Positions 33,277 to 44,013 of a stretch of DNA of 64,000 nt are shown here, piece after piece. Origin of the DNA: Diplonema japonicum (taxonomy: Eukaryota; Protista; Euglenozoa: Diplonemea); NCBI GenBank assembly GCA_964019335.1, contig OZ025659.1, forward strand, positions 372,001-436,000, read 5' to 3'. Every line of letters begins with the position of its first letter. Position 1 is the stretch's first letter. A program made the position numbers and the translations under genes. Below the pieces are notes generated by a model. It did not search any database, was not told the DNA's origin, and saw only the letters and a list, made by a program, of their open reading frames with translations.

Positions 33277-34425
33277 ATGTTAAAACGACAAGCTGCACTC
33301 CGTAGAATTACGTCCCTTGTGAACAGCCACACCGAATGGGACCCGCTGGAGGAGGTCATCGTGGGATGCGTTGAAGGAAGCTGCGTCCCGGAATGGCACG
33401 TTAGCGGTCAAGCCGTCTGGCCCGAAAAACACTGGGAGTATTATAAAAAAAACGGTGGAAAGGGAATCGGTTTTGACAGCGAGCTAGTAAAGAAAGCTTC
33501 AAAGGAGCTCGACCACCTTTGCAACGTCCTGAAGGAAGAGGGCGTCACCGTGAGACGACCGGACATGATGGACCATTCACAAAAAATCAAAACCCCGGAT
33601 TTCGAAACAGGAAACAGCCTTTACGCCGCAATGCCGAGAGACGTTCTCATCGTTATCGGCGAAGAGATCATTGAGGCTCCGATGGCTTGGAGGTCAAGAT
33701 TCTTCGAGTACAGGCCATTCCGAAACTTGATAAAGGAGTATTTTAGATCGGGAGCAAAATGGACCGCTGCACCAAAACCTCTTATGTCCGACAATCTATA
33801 CGAAGAGACTGTAGCTGACACACCGATGTTCTCGTCGGTGGTAACCGAATACGAACCTGTGTTCGATGCAGCTGAGTTCACTCGGATTGGAGCGGATATA
33901 TTCTGTCAGCGAAGCCACGTCACAAATACCTTCGGCATCGATTGGTTACAACGGCATCTTGGTGATAAATACACAATTCACACGTTAGACTTTAACGATA
34001 GAAATGGAATGCATATTGATGGGACTTTCATTCCTCTTGCAGAAGGAAAGCTGTTGATCAATCCTGAGCGTGCTTGTTTGACGGGCTCGCACGAAACGTG
34101 GTATTCTTATGAAGGTGAGAAGAAAAAATTGTGTCTTCCGGAAAGTTTTAAAGACTGGGATGTATTTGTTGCGCCTAAACCCGAGTTGTCGGCTGATGTG
34201 CCGCTTTACTTCACCAGCCCTTGGACGGCGACAGCTAACGTCTTGATGTTGGACAGCAACCGCGTCATTGTCGAGGCGAGCGAGACAGAGTGCATCAAAC
34301 GATTTAAATCCTGGGGATTCACCCCTATCCCCGTCCCCTTCCGTTCGTTCCTCCCTTTCGGAGGCTCCTTCCACTGCGCCACGTGCGACGTGCGCAGAAA
34401 AGGCGAATACAGAAAAATTCTGTAA
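33277..34425 (+). CDS. GATM: L-arginine:glycine amidinotransferase (AGAT/GATM-like), probable mitochondrial presequence
   Basis: EWDPLEEVIVG, AMPRD, APMAWRSRFFEY, FDAAEF (catalytic Asp), NGMHID (His) and GGSFHCATCDVRR (Cys). N-terminus MLKRQAALRRITS. Confidence 0.9.
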   Translation: MLKRQAALRRITSLVNSHTEWDPLEEVIVGCVEGSCVPEWHVSGQAVWPEKHWEYYKKNGGKGIGFDSELVKKASKELDHLCNVLKEEGVTVRRPDMMDHSQKIKTPDFETGNSLYAAMPRDVLIVIGEEIIEAPMAWRSRFFEYRPFRNLIKEYFRSGAKWTAAPKPLMSDNLYEETVADTPMFSSVVTEYEPVFDAAEFTRIGADIFCQRSHVTNTFGIDWLQRHLGDKYTIHTLDFNDRNGMHIDGTFIPLAEGKLLINPERACLTGSHETWYSYEGEKKKLCLPESFKDWDVFVAPKPELSADVPLYFTSPWTATANVLMLDSNRVIVEASETECIKRFKSWGFTPIPVPFRSFLPFGGSFHCATCDVRRKGEYRKIL

Positions 34426-34755
34426 AAATTTTGTCCCCATTCCCATTGTAATACTCTAAGTGTTTTATTTTCTCTTTCTCTTTTTTTTTTTTTTTTTTAC
34501 GACGGCAACCAAGCTGAAGGGACTACCTAAAAAGGAAAGTATTGGACAAAAGATACAATCGTCAACTTGAGTCGCAGTGTCCCCCCTCCAAATAAAAAGG
34601 GGGAGCATCACGACAAGGTAAACTACGCCACCGCTAAGGACCCCGTTGCCGACCATTTCGTTTCCAATCACCGATTTTCTTTTTTAATTATTCCCTTTCC
34701 CCCCCCAAAAAAAAAACAACCCCAAGGCGCGACAAAAAAAACAACCAAAAAAAAT

Positions 34756-35962
34756 ATGTCGGATCTAGGGAAAAGCCCCAAGCTTGACGGCTACGGGGTT
34801 GCGAAGGGGCTCGTGTCGAAAGAGTTGTGCGACGAGCTTAAAAAACACATTATGGTGGAAACGAAGAAGAACATCGACAACGGCAACGCGGAGGTGTTCG
34901 GGAAGGTGAGGGAGCCCGACAACAGGTACGACCTGATGCTAGAAATGGTGCCCTGCGTGAGGGACGTCGTCAACCAGATCGTCTCGAAGCTGAAGGGCAT
35001 CCTGGCGGACGCCATCGGAAGCCAAGGCGCACGCCTGATAGAACTCGCAGCCATCACATCACACCCTGGCGCCGCATCACAACCAGTCCATGCCGACACT
35101 GTACATGGCGTGCTGCGGTACCTACAAGCCGACACCTCCATGATGCTTGGCCTCTTCAACTCGGGCGACGACTCTGACGACGACGAAGCCTGCAACCAGG
35201 TCTTGAGCGCAGTCGCAACAGACACAGCACCCATGTGGACAGTCCTTGCACCGTTGCAAGATGTCACTGAGGACATGGGCCCGACCCATGTGTGGCCTGG
35301 TACAAACACGCTTGACTTTCATTCCCTGTGTTACTCTCACTACGCCGGCCCCGGTGGTGACGCTGGAGGACAGACTACAAATCGATCAAAATTGTCCATT
35401 GCTGTCGCTGACGATCTCTTTCAAAAAAAACACACCAAAATGACCCTCAACGCCGGGGACGCTGTTTTCTACGACTCGCGGACGATGCACTGCGGTGGGG
35501 CCAATACCTCTACGAAGTCCCGAACTGTGTTGGTGCTCACCTTCGTCGGGAATGGGATGATGCCTGAAGGATCGACATATGACCTGCTCCCCAAACTCCT
35601 TAACAAGTACCGGCTTTCGTCATTCCCGCTTACCGAGACAGGTGAGTCGCGCCCGAAGCTTCAGATTGATATCGAACAAGAGGAAGCCTTTGAATCGCAG
35701 AGGCGGGAGGAGGAAGAGGAACTCCGCAAAGCCCTCCCCGTCCCCCCACTCAATGAATGGAAAGCGTCTGTGCAGTGTACAAAGTATGACCGGAAGGGGT
35801 TTAAAAAAAAAATACAGATGTGGTAAATGGCGTCCTTGTGATCCTCTAAATGCTGACTCGCTTACCCGTGACCAATGGAGGTGCAAGACGGGGGGTTACA
35901 GTTGCTTCACAGCACAGTTGTACACAGTTGAGGAAATCGATACTTACTTCGAGGAAGAGTAA
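34756..35962 (+). CDS. PhyH-family Fe(II)/2-oxoglutarate dioxygenase fused to a C-terminal CW-type zinc finger
   Basis: QPVHAD, LQDVTEDMGPTHVWPGT and GDAVFYDSRTMHCGGAN...R. Intron 35784-35817 joins VQCTK to CGKWR...WRC...C. Confidence 0.8.
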
Positions 35963-36170
35963 AAAAGAGGGAGAGGAGAGGGGTACACACATTCTTTTTT
36001 TTTCTCTCCCCCCCCCGTTTTATCAAAACTGCCAAGGTTTTTTTTTTTTTTTTTTTAGTCAATCATTTTTTTCTGATTCTCATTTTCTTTTTCCCCATCC
36101 CCCCCCTAAAAAAACAAAAAAAACTCTCAGGGAAAACCTCATGTGATCTTATAAAAACACACATAAAAAA

Positions 36171-37499
36171 ATGAAAGCCCAAACACAAAGTAAATACATT
36201 CTCATAGCCGTGCCCTTAATAGGGCTGCTGATGATGGCGGGGGTGTTCTACAAGAGGGGAGAAAGAGGAGGGGTGAAGAGGAAGGCCGACGACAAACGGT
36301 TGGACGAGGCGGAGCGGGAAATCCGGAGGCTGAAGGCCGAAATATACGTGACGAAGCTGGAAAAAGAAGAGCTGCAAAAAAACAACAACAACAACAACGA
36401 CGCAAAAACCACCCCCGACACATTACGGGTGGACGGTGCTGACCTTCACCCTGGTGTATTACCTTCCGGGAACGACCTTGGCAACGGCGATCCTAGATTC
36501 TTAACAGTCCCAGAAGCAATCCGTGTATGCAAAGTCACAGCAGGATGCAAAGGCTTCACACTAGCGGGCTCCGATTCAAATCCGAAAAAGAGGGTGAGAA
36601 TATTTTTTAAATCCGTTTTCAAGCTGTCCCCGGACGTGAAAGGCTGGTGGTCGTACAAAGTCCACGACACTATACCAGAACCACCACCGATCGACCCTGG
36701 ATTTTCTGTATTCAAAAAATTCGCTCATATGGTCGAAGCTGACTATAATGTTACAGAAGTTGCGGTTAAAGGTGGTGATGCCTTTTTGAATTTATGGCCA
36801 GAGTATGAAACTCCGGGTACTGCAAAGATCCGGTATTTGGAACCAAGTTCGGAGTGGGCGACATTAGCGGTGTCGCCGCGTGTTGTATTCATCCCCGATA
36901 CGGTTTCGGAAAAGGATGCTGAGGATATCGTCGCTAGGTCGAACAGCCAGCTTCAACGGTCGTTGGTTGCAAACGATGAAAAGCACACGAATGAATCCGG
37001 TGTTAAAAACGTGCGGACTTCGTCTGGAGCGTGGCTTGGCGATGACTTCGAACCAGCGAAACGGCTTCGCGACAAACTCGAAAAAATGACCGGTGTATCG
37101 CGAAAAAACTTCGAAATGCTACAGATTCTCCGGTACCAGCCTGGTCAAAAATACGGCTCCCACGTCGATTATTTCCACCCGGCGGCGTACGGGAAGAAAA
37201 ACTGGAACAGAATGGCCACGGTTATAACGTTCCTCACCACCGTCAAATCCGGGGGTGAATCGAATTTCCCCCTTGCGCATTCGTTTGTCAAATCGCACAG
37301 TGATTGCACGCGCGGGCTTCGTGTGCACCCTGTTATTGGGCACTCTGTTTTGTTTTACTCCATGCGCCCCGATTTAAACTTCGACCACTACTCCCTTCAC
37401 GGTGGATGTCCGGTTGGTGAAGGTGAGGAGAAATGGGTTGCCGTCCAGTGGCTTCGTGTGGAGCTGCCTGATGGCCTCCCCCCAGAGTCTCTTGCCTGA
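36171..37499 (+). CDS. Type II membrane prolyl 4-hydroxylase with N-terminal PAN/apple-like module
   Basis: VRTSSGAWL, LQILRYQPGQKYGSHVDYF, RMATVITFL, GGESNFP and SLHGGCPV..KW; N-terminal signal anchor. Confidence 0.9.
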   Translation: MKAQTQSKYILIAVPLIGLLMMAGVFYKRGERGGVKRKADDKRLDEAEREIRRLKAEIYVTKLEKEELQKNNNNNNDAKTTPDTLRVDGADLHPGVLPSGNDLGNGDPRFLTVPEAIRVCKVTAGCKGFTLAGSDSNPKKRVRIFFKSVFKLSPDVKGWWSYKVHDTIPEPPPIDPGFSVFKKFAHMVEADYNVTEVAVKGGDAFLNLWPEYETPGTAKIRYLEPSSEWATLAVSPRVVFIPDTVSEKDAEDIVARSNSQLQRSLVANDEKHTNESGVKNVRTSSGAWLGDDFEPAKRLRDKLEKMTGVSRKNFEMLQILRYQPGQKYGSHVDYFHPAAYGKKNWNRMATVITFLTTVKSGGESNFPLAHSFVKSHSDCTRGLRVHPVIGHSVLFYSMRPDLNFDHYSLHGGCPVGEGEEKWVAVQWLRVELPDGLPPESLA

Positions 37500-37955
37500 A
37501 AAAAAAAAAAAAAAAAAAAAGAAAAGTGAATTTTTTTGTTTTTTGTTTTTTTAAAAAGGAAAAGAACCCCATACTGAACCCTTTTTTACTTCAATGCTTC
37601 TTCCCCCCTTTCCCTGTCCCCCGACTCCTTCGTGAGGGGTGTATACATTTATACCCATCCCTCGCGATATGAGAACACAGTGTTGTCGTTTTTTTTTTTT
37701 TTTTTATGAGGGGAAAAAAAGAAAGAGAAAAAAAAAAAAAAGCAGAGGTTAGCATTGGGGGGGGACGGACTTTATTCTGCAGGTTAATCCCCCACCTGGT
37801 GCGCGAAAAACTATATCAAAGCCGACCCTTCTTTTTTTTTTCCCCCGACAAAAAAAGAAAATTATTTATTCTTTTCGAAAAAAAAAACAAAAACAAGAAG
37901 AAAAAAAAAAAAACCAAACATTCATATTGTTTCACCAGGAGGGTTTGGTGGGCCA

Positions 37956-38704
37956 ATGGGACCTCTCAACTGGCACCAACACGCGACGCTGTCGCCCGAG
38001 AGGGGCTCCGACGGTGTGGAACAGAAACGGCTCTTGCAGGAACTGGCGGAAAGAGACATGCGAATCAGGGTGCTGGAGGAGAAGCTGAGGGAAAGAGGCA
38101 CAGACCGCAGTGTGGAGATCATCAACATGGAGTACGTAAAGCAAGTAACAAAGGCGGACAAGGCAGAACAGGACAAGGTCAGGGCGATGCTCAGAGTACG
38201 AGAGCTCGAAGAGGAAGTAAACCGGGTGATCGTGATCTCGAACGAGAACAGAACGGACTTCAAGCAGCAGGAGATGGTCATCACCGAGCTGACTGACGCC
38301 AACGAAGTACTGAAGAGAACCATCGTTGAAGCAGAGGCGGACAAGAGAAGCATGGAAGGGGAGAAAGCTGAGTCTGCCGCGACAATAAGAAAGCTTGATG
38401 CTGAGATGACACGCCTTCTCAATGAGATATCCCACCACAAGCAAACATCACGTGGGGCAACCGACCGCCTGCGGGAGATGCAACGTGACTCTGGTGTGAC
38501 CCACACTAGTGCGACCCAAGCTATCGACCAGCTACGCCGTGCAGCTCGCACCCACGAGCACGAGATCTCTTCCCTCCGTGAGACACTGCGCCAGCGAGAC
38601 GAAGAGATCCGTACCTTGCAAAAATCCAACGCAGAGTGGCTCCGGCAGTTCCGTCGGCAGAAGAACCAACTTCTACCGTCATCGCCCTCGCGTTTGATGT
38701 ATTG

Positions 38705-38705
<1 letters not shown>
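37956..38705 (+). CDS. Coiled-coil protein
   Basis: 249-aa E/R/K-rich ORF; CAG acceptor just upstream. Confidence 0.65.
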
Positions 38706-38741
<36 letters not shown>

Positions 38742-39136
38742 TTTTTTTCTCCTACTTTAATTAGCTTGAAAGAGGGCCGGGTTGTACGGGGTTCTTTCTT
38801 GTGTTCTTTCTTTCCTGTAAAACTTCTCTCTTCTTTTTGTATTTTTTTTTTTTTTTATTATGTTCATTTTATGAAAGAGGGTCTCACTCTTTTGGGGAAG
38901 TAGAGACTTTCCTCCTCACCCCCCCCCTTTTTTATCTTTTAAACAATCCGAATTTGAAGGGGCGGAAAACTATTTTTTATCTTTTTCCTGTAACAAATCC
39001 CCCTTTTCTTTCCGAGCGAACTCCTCCCTTCCATGCTCTTTCATTTCTGTTCAGCACCTCTCTATTTGGGTTTGTCACATTGTCGAAAAGGAGGGAAAAG
39101 GGGAATCGCACGAATGAACATTCTTCGCACACGGTG

Positions 39137-40261
39137 ATGAAGAACAAGTTGGCAAAAGCCCTGCGCGAAGCGGGGCTGGAGAAGTACAAAGATGTTTTGG
39201 AAGAAGCAGAGATCACCGACCCGGCGACGCTTAGCGCTCTGACAGAGGAGGACTGGGGGGAGATTGTAAGCGATGATGGGGACAAAGAGAGGTTTGTGGA
39301 AGTGATGGAACGCCTCAAGAGGAAAAAGAAAGTAAAGGAGAGGGAGGCATGGAAGCCCCCCGGGAGGAGCGCAACTTCATCCGCAACACGAGGAGTGAGC
39401 CCTAATGAGGAAGCTGTCAAACTCGATGGTCACAGAGCGCACCTCCGAAAGCAAAAGGAAATCCTGGGCAACCCTACCTCCACAGCCGCCGAACGACATT
39501 GGGCAAACACCGCAGTGTGTTTCTACAGCACTGACCCCGCCCCTCCAGTCTCCTTCACAGGTGCCCGTGCTCTCCTCCGCCTTGGTGACACTGTCCGTGT
39601 CATATCCAGCCCTGCAAAACTATGGAAATGCATCGGAGCAATAGCCAGCAAAGCTCACCCGCATGCAGCTTTAATGTGCGGCAAGACAGGGGAAATCATG
39701 TCGTTAGAGGGAGATGCCTTCACTGTGAAGTTCCGTGAGGGGACCATCAAGGTGCCCCCTGATGGGTTGGAGCTGCTTGCTACAAAGTACATCCCGAAAG
39801 ACGAGCTTGCAAAATTACTGGAAAAAAAGCCACCCGCACCTGCTAAAAGGAAGGCGCGAAAGAACACAGCCGGGCCGGAGGTGGTCGGGACAACTACGCC
39901 TTCACGGGGGGGCACTCCTGCCCCGACACCGCCTGCGAAGGGGAAGAAGAAGACGGCCTGGAAAGACCCACCGCCGGTTCCTACGCCAGCAGAGCCGCTC
40001 AACGAGACTGCACGTCTTCGGGCAGAACTGCATGAAGCCCGTACTAAGCTACACCGTACACAGGCCGTGCAAACGGAGCTCAAGCAACTTCTCACCACCT
40101 TCATCGGCATCTCGCAAACCCTGGGCACGTCCTCTACCCTGTGGGCGCAGCAGCTTGCAGAATGCAACCCTCAGTCAGCTGCCCTGGCCACAGAGCTCAG
40201 CACAGCGAACACGTCGCTAGCAGAGCGGCTTGTCTCTCTTGAGAAAGAAATGTCGTTTTGA
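39137..40261 (+). CDS. SAM domain + Mind-bomb SH3-like repeat + coiled-coil protein
   Basis: LREAGLEKYKDVLEEAEITDPATLSALTEEDW (SAM-like); GDTVRV...MCGKTGEI...VKF...VPPDGL (MIB/SH3_15-like). Confidence 0.65.
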   Translation: MKNKLAKALREAGLEKYKDVLEEAEITDPATLSALTEEDWGEIVSDDGDKERFVEVMERLKRKKKVKEREAWKPPGRSATSSATRGVSPNEEAVKLDGHRAHLRKQKEILGNPTSTAAERHWANTAVCFYSTDPAPPVSFTGARALLRLGDTVRVISSPAKLWKCIGAIASKAHPHAALMCGKTGEIMSLEGDAFTVKFREGTIKVPPDGLELLATKYIPKDELAKLLEKKPPAPAKRKARKNTAGPEVVGTTTPSRGGTPAPTPPAKGKKKTAWKDPPPVPTPAEPLNETARLRAELHEARTKLHRTQAVQTELKQLLTTFIGISQTLGTSSTLWAQQLAECNPQSAALATELSTANTSLAERLVSLEKEMSF

Positions 40262-40402
40262 TACATGTAAACCTTCTTTAGTATATTTGTTTTGTTATAT
40301 TTATTTTTCACCCTTTCACACACAATAGGACGGGGAAGAGGGGTGATACCCTCCCCCCCTTTTTTTTGAATCTCACACAATATAAAAAAAAAAGAAGAAA
40401 AT

Positions 40403-43400
40403 ATGCTCCCGTCGTTGCCGGTAGCAGGGCCGCCCGAGAGGAAAAGGCCAAGCATCTTGCGCAGCAAAAACGATTTACAATGGATGCTCTTGGAGCAAAA
40501 GGAAGCTTTAGACGAGAAGAAGTTCGTCGAGATGAAACCAGTGAAACCGACAGTGGTGCACGACCTGATAAGGATCGACAAGGAAAAGTACCCGATAAAG
40601 GCGATGGAGATGGGGCGTGTAAGCATCGCGGAACAGATCCGGTTGCTGGAGACCGCGCTTCAGGGGCTTAAAAAGGCCGAATCGGGGAAAAAAAGAACAG
40701 TATCGGTGGCAACGCAGTACGAGGAGCAGGACACCGCTGCTATGCAGCACAATTCGAGAACGGTGGATCTGTTGGGCCTCCACAAAATCCCCATCAGAGT
40801 GAAAAGACTAAAGTCGGAGTGCGTCCTCCGATCCGGTACCATGTCGAATATACCGAAGAAGAAAACTGACGAAGTCTTCATAAGCCCGGTACTATATCAA
40901 ATCATGCTTGATTTGTACGATTTACAGCACGATTTAGCAGCGTTGTGCCATAAAGTGAAGGTTTCGATCGAGGATTTTGTCCCGTCTTGTAAATGCGATG
41001 TCTTCACGTGCCTTCGTGACGGGCTTGTCAACATCAACGAAGGGATTTCATTCCCGCTTGACTCCGGCATAGTCGGTGCCGTGGTGAAAGAAAGAAAAAT
41101 CGAAATGGTCGAAGACGCCAGCAAACATGCTAACTATCTTCGTTCCATCGACGAGGTGGAGTTGTCATCAGAGGAGAAGCCTGTACAGGTATTGATGCCG
41201 TTGAAATGGGCGTCAAGGGTCATCGCTGTCATGCGGATTGTAACGCCTGTTCTTCTTACCTCCGAAATGCTGGCTTGCGTGTCTACGTTGGTGTTTCACA
41301 CGTCATCATTGATTAGTTTGCATCATCCTGATGTTGGCCGGTTGGAGGTTAATACAAACATTTTGAAGGCGGTCGGTGATTTGTCAAACTCTATGTTCGA
41401 AGATGACGAGCTTGTCGACAGAATTGTCGACTCGTCAAAAATGCTTTTAAACGCGGAACGCTGTGCATTGTTCCACGTGGACAACGAGGCACAGTCTCTT
41501 GTTACAAAAATCGAATCGAAACGCGTCGAGATGCCCATCAACTCCGGCATTGCGGGATTCGTAGCGGTGTCGGGAAAAGGACAGAATATTGTAAACGCAT
41601 ACTCCGATCCCCGTTTCAACAGGAACGTCGACAAACAAACAGGCTTCACAACAAAACAGATTCTGTGCATGCCTTTAAAATGCGATGGGAAGATCATCGC
41701 GGTCGCGCAGCTTGTAAACAAAAAGGACGGCGAGCCATTCACGGAGTACGACGAATGCGTGTTTGAAACGTACTCTACATTCGCAGCCGTCGCGCTGCGG
41801 AATTGCAAGATATTTGAAAAATCAAACACCTCGAACAAAGTAAACAGCGGCCTGTTAGAACTCGCCAGAGAACTGGGATGCGTGACGCTAGACGATTCCG
41901 CCCTCCGAGCCAGTGTGGTCAAACACGCAAAACAACTAGTCAACGCCGATCGTGGAATCCTCTTCGTCGCAGATTGGGACACATCAGAACTCGTTGGAGA
42001 AGCCGACGGACAGCTCATAAGAATGGCGATAAACGCGGGTATAGCAGGCTCTGTTGTTTTAGCAGGCATTCCAATGAACATACCAGATGCCTACTCCGAC
42101 CCGCGGTTCAACTCCAGCGTTGATTCTAGCACTGGGTACACCACAACTTCAATCCTCGCAACTCCCATAAAATTCATGGGCAAGGTCATCGCCGTTGCGC
42201 AACTGATCAATAAAAAGTGCCCGGACACTGGCGACATCACAACCTTCACACACGCTGACGAAGTTATACTGAATTCGTTCGGGGTGCTCGCTGGAATCGC
42301 GATCCGCACCGCGAGCCAGTACAGAAGAGAAATGCACGAGAAGGAGATGTTCAGATCGATGCTTTCAATAGTTGCGAACATGGCAGAGTGTGATATTCGG
42401 GATGACATTGCGAAGATTGGTCAGAGGCTTGTTGATGATATCAAAACGTTTTTGAAATGCGAGACGGTGAATCTTTACACCGTCGGTCGAAGCAAGGGGG
42501 AAATGGACATGGAGGCAACCGCCACCACCTCAAGCATGGCACCGCACTACAACAACAGAATCGTCCAGTCCGTCCTCAGCGGGCAGAACATTGTAAACTT
42601 ATCAGACGCTTACTCCAGCCCTCTGTTCGACCCCGCACAAGATAAAATGCTGGGTGTAGTAACCCGCAACATTCTATCAATGTCTATAAGCTGCCGTGGC
42701 CATGTTATTGATGGAATGCAGGACATTGGCATCATAGAAGTCATCAACAAGGTGACAGGTGATTTCACCGAACGTGACGAGTCCACTGTGTCGTTCTTCT
42801 GTAGCCTGGCAGCGCATACTATAAGAAACGCAAAGATCCTTCTTTTTGAGAAGGAGAATAAACTGTCTGCAATGACGCTTGTTAACCATGCAGCGTCGCC
42901 CGTTAGGAAGGTGAAAAAAACATCGCACGGCGCATATGAATACGGCAGGTTACGATCGATAGCGATCGAAAAGAATCTGGTGAAGACAGTTGAGTTCAAC
43001 GTGCATCAGGTGAAGAACGAGACGCCAATCATGATTGCCTACTTGCTGCACATGTTCACCGACAACCAGCTTTTAGAAGTTCTAGGGATTGATCACGGTG
43101 TCTTCTGCAGGTTCGCCACGGAGATAAAAAAGAAGTACCGCCCGGTCCCGTATCACAATTTCCTGCATGCTTTCGATGTAGTGCAGACGCTGTTCGTCAT
43201 GCTGAACATGGTGGGCGATGATTTTGGATTCACGCCGTTAGAGCGGTTTATCCTACTACTCGCAGGTCTTGCACATGATGCGGATCACATGGGCCTTAAT
43301 AACGGTTTTCATCATGGAGCTGAGACACCGCTTGGTATACTTTCAAATGCGACAGGGTCAACGAGCACGTTGGAAATTCACCATTGCAATGTGACGTTTG

Positions 43401-43957
43401 GTGTCATGCAGACTGCAGGCTGCGATATTCTGTCTGATCTCGACAAACAAGATCAAACCGACGTTTACAAATTGATCATAAAACTCATTTTGGCCACAGA
43501 CATGGCCAATCATGTAGATTTGTCGAAATCGTTTTCCGCGATGCACCCTTACAACAAAACGGATGTTAATTGCCGTCAGCTGGCCATGGCCATGTTGTTG
43601 AAGCTGGCGGATGTTTCGAATCAATGTAAACCCTTTGAAACAAGTAAAGCATGGGCTGTGAAGATTATGGAGGAGTTCCACACGCAGGGTGACCTCGAAA
43701 AGGATCACCAAGGGAATGTGTCCAACCCCATACACGACAGAGACAACGCCGAGATCTCTTCGTGTCAGATTGGGTTCATACAAGCTGTCTGCGAGCCTTT
43801 TCTTGAAATTGTGGTGAAGCTTTGGCCTGCGATGAAGCCGTTCCAAACACAGCTTCTTGACAACAAAAGAGAGTGGTTACAAATCCGTGCGATGCAGGAG
43901 GAAGAGGCGATTTTCGGGTCGCAGAGAAAGGAGACCACTATCGTAAAGCAGATATAG
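40403..43957 (+). CDS. Class I cyclic nucleotide phosphodiesterase with tandem GAF domains (PDEB-like)
   Basis: YHNFLHAFDVVQ, HDADHMGLNN, LEIHH, ILATDM and LADVSN. Three NK...F...DE GAF motifs plus one degenerate GAF. Confidence 0.93.
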   Translation: MLPSLPVAGPPERKRPSILRSKNDLQWMLLEQKEALDEKKFVEMKPVKPTVVHDLIRIDKEKYPIKAMEMGRVSIAEQIRLLETALQGLKKAESGKKRTVSVATQYEEQDTAAMQHNSRTVDLLGLHKIPIRVKRLKSECVLRSGTMSNIPKKKTDEVFISPVLYQIMLDLYDLQHDLAALCHKVKVSIEDFVPSCKCDVFTCLRDGLVNINEGISFPLDSGIVGAVVKERKIEMVEDASKHANYLRSIDEVELSSEEKPVQVLMPLKWASRVIAVMRIVTPVLLTSEMLACVSTLVFHTSSLISLHHPDVGRLEVNTNILKAVGDLSNSMFEDDELVDRIVDSSKMLLNAERCALFHVDNEAQSLVTKIESKRVEMPINSGIAGFVAVSGKGQNIVNAYSDPRFNRNVDKQTGFTTKQILCMPLKCDGKIIAVAQLVNKKDGEPFTEYDECVFETYSTFAAVALRNCKIFEKSNTSNKVNSGLLELARELGCVTLDDSALRASVVKHAKQLVNADRGILFVADWDTSELVGEADGQLIRMAINAGIAGSVVLAGIPMNIPDAYSDPRFNSSVDSSTGYTTTSILATPIKFMGKVIAVAQLINKKCPDTGDITTFTHADEVILNSFGVLAGIAIRTASQYRREMHEKEMFRSMLSIVANMAECDIRDDIAKIGQRLVDDIKTFLKCETVNLYTVGRSKGEMDMEATATTSSMAPHYNNRIVQSVLSGQNIVNLSDAYSSPLFDPAQDKMLGVVTRNILSMSISCRGHVIDGMQDIGIIEVINKVTGDFTERDESTVSFFCSLAAHTIRNAKILLFEKENKLSAMTLVNHAASPVRKVKKTSHGAYEYGRLRSIAIEKNLVKTVEFNVHQVKNETPIMIAYLLHMFTDNQLLEVLGIDHGVFCRFATEIKKKYRPVPYHNFLHAFDVVQTLFVMLNMVGDDFGFTPLERFILLLAGLAHDADHMGLNNGFHHGAETPLGILSNATGSTSTLEIHHCNVTFGVMQTAGCDILSDLDKQDQTDVYKLIIKLILATDMANHVDLSKSFSAMHPYNKTDVNCRQLAMAMLLKLADVSNQCKPFETSKAWAVKIMEEFHTQGDLEKDHQGNVSNPIHDRDNAEISSCQIGFIQAVCEPFLEIVVKLWPAMKPFQTQLLDNKREWLQIRAMQEEEAIFGSQRKETTIVKQI

Positions 43958-43969
43958 AAAAAAAAAATC

Positions 43970-44013
<44 letters not shown>

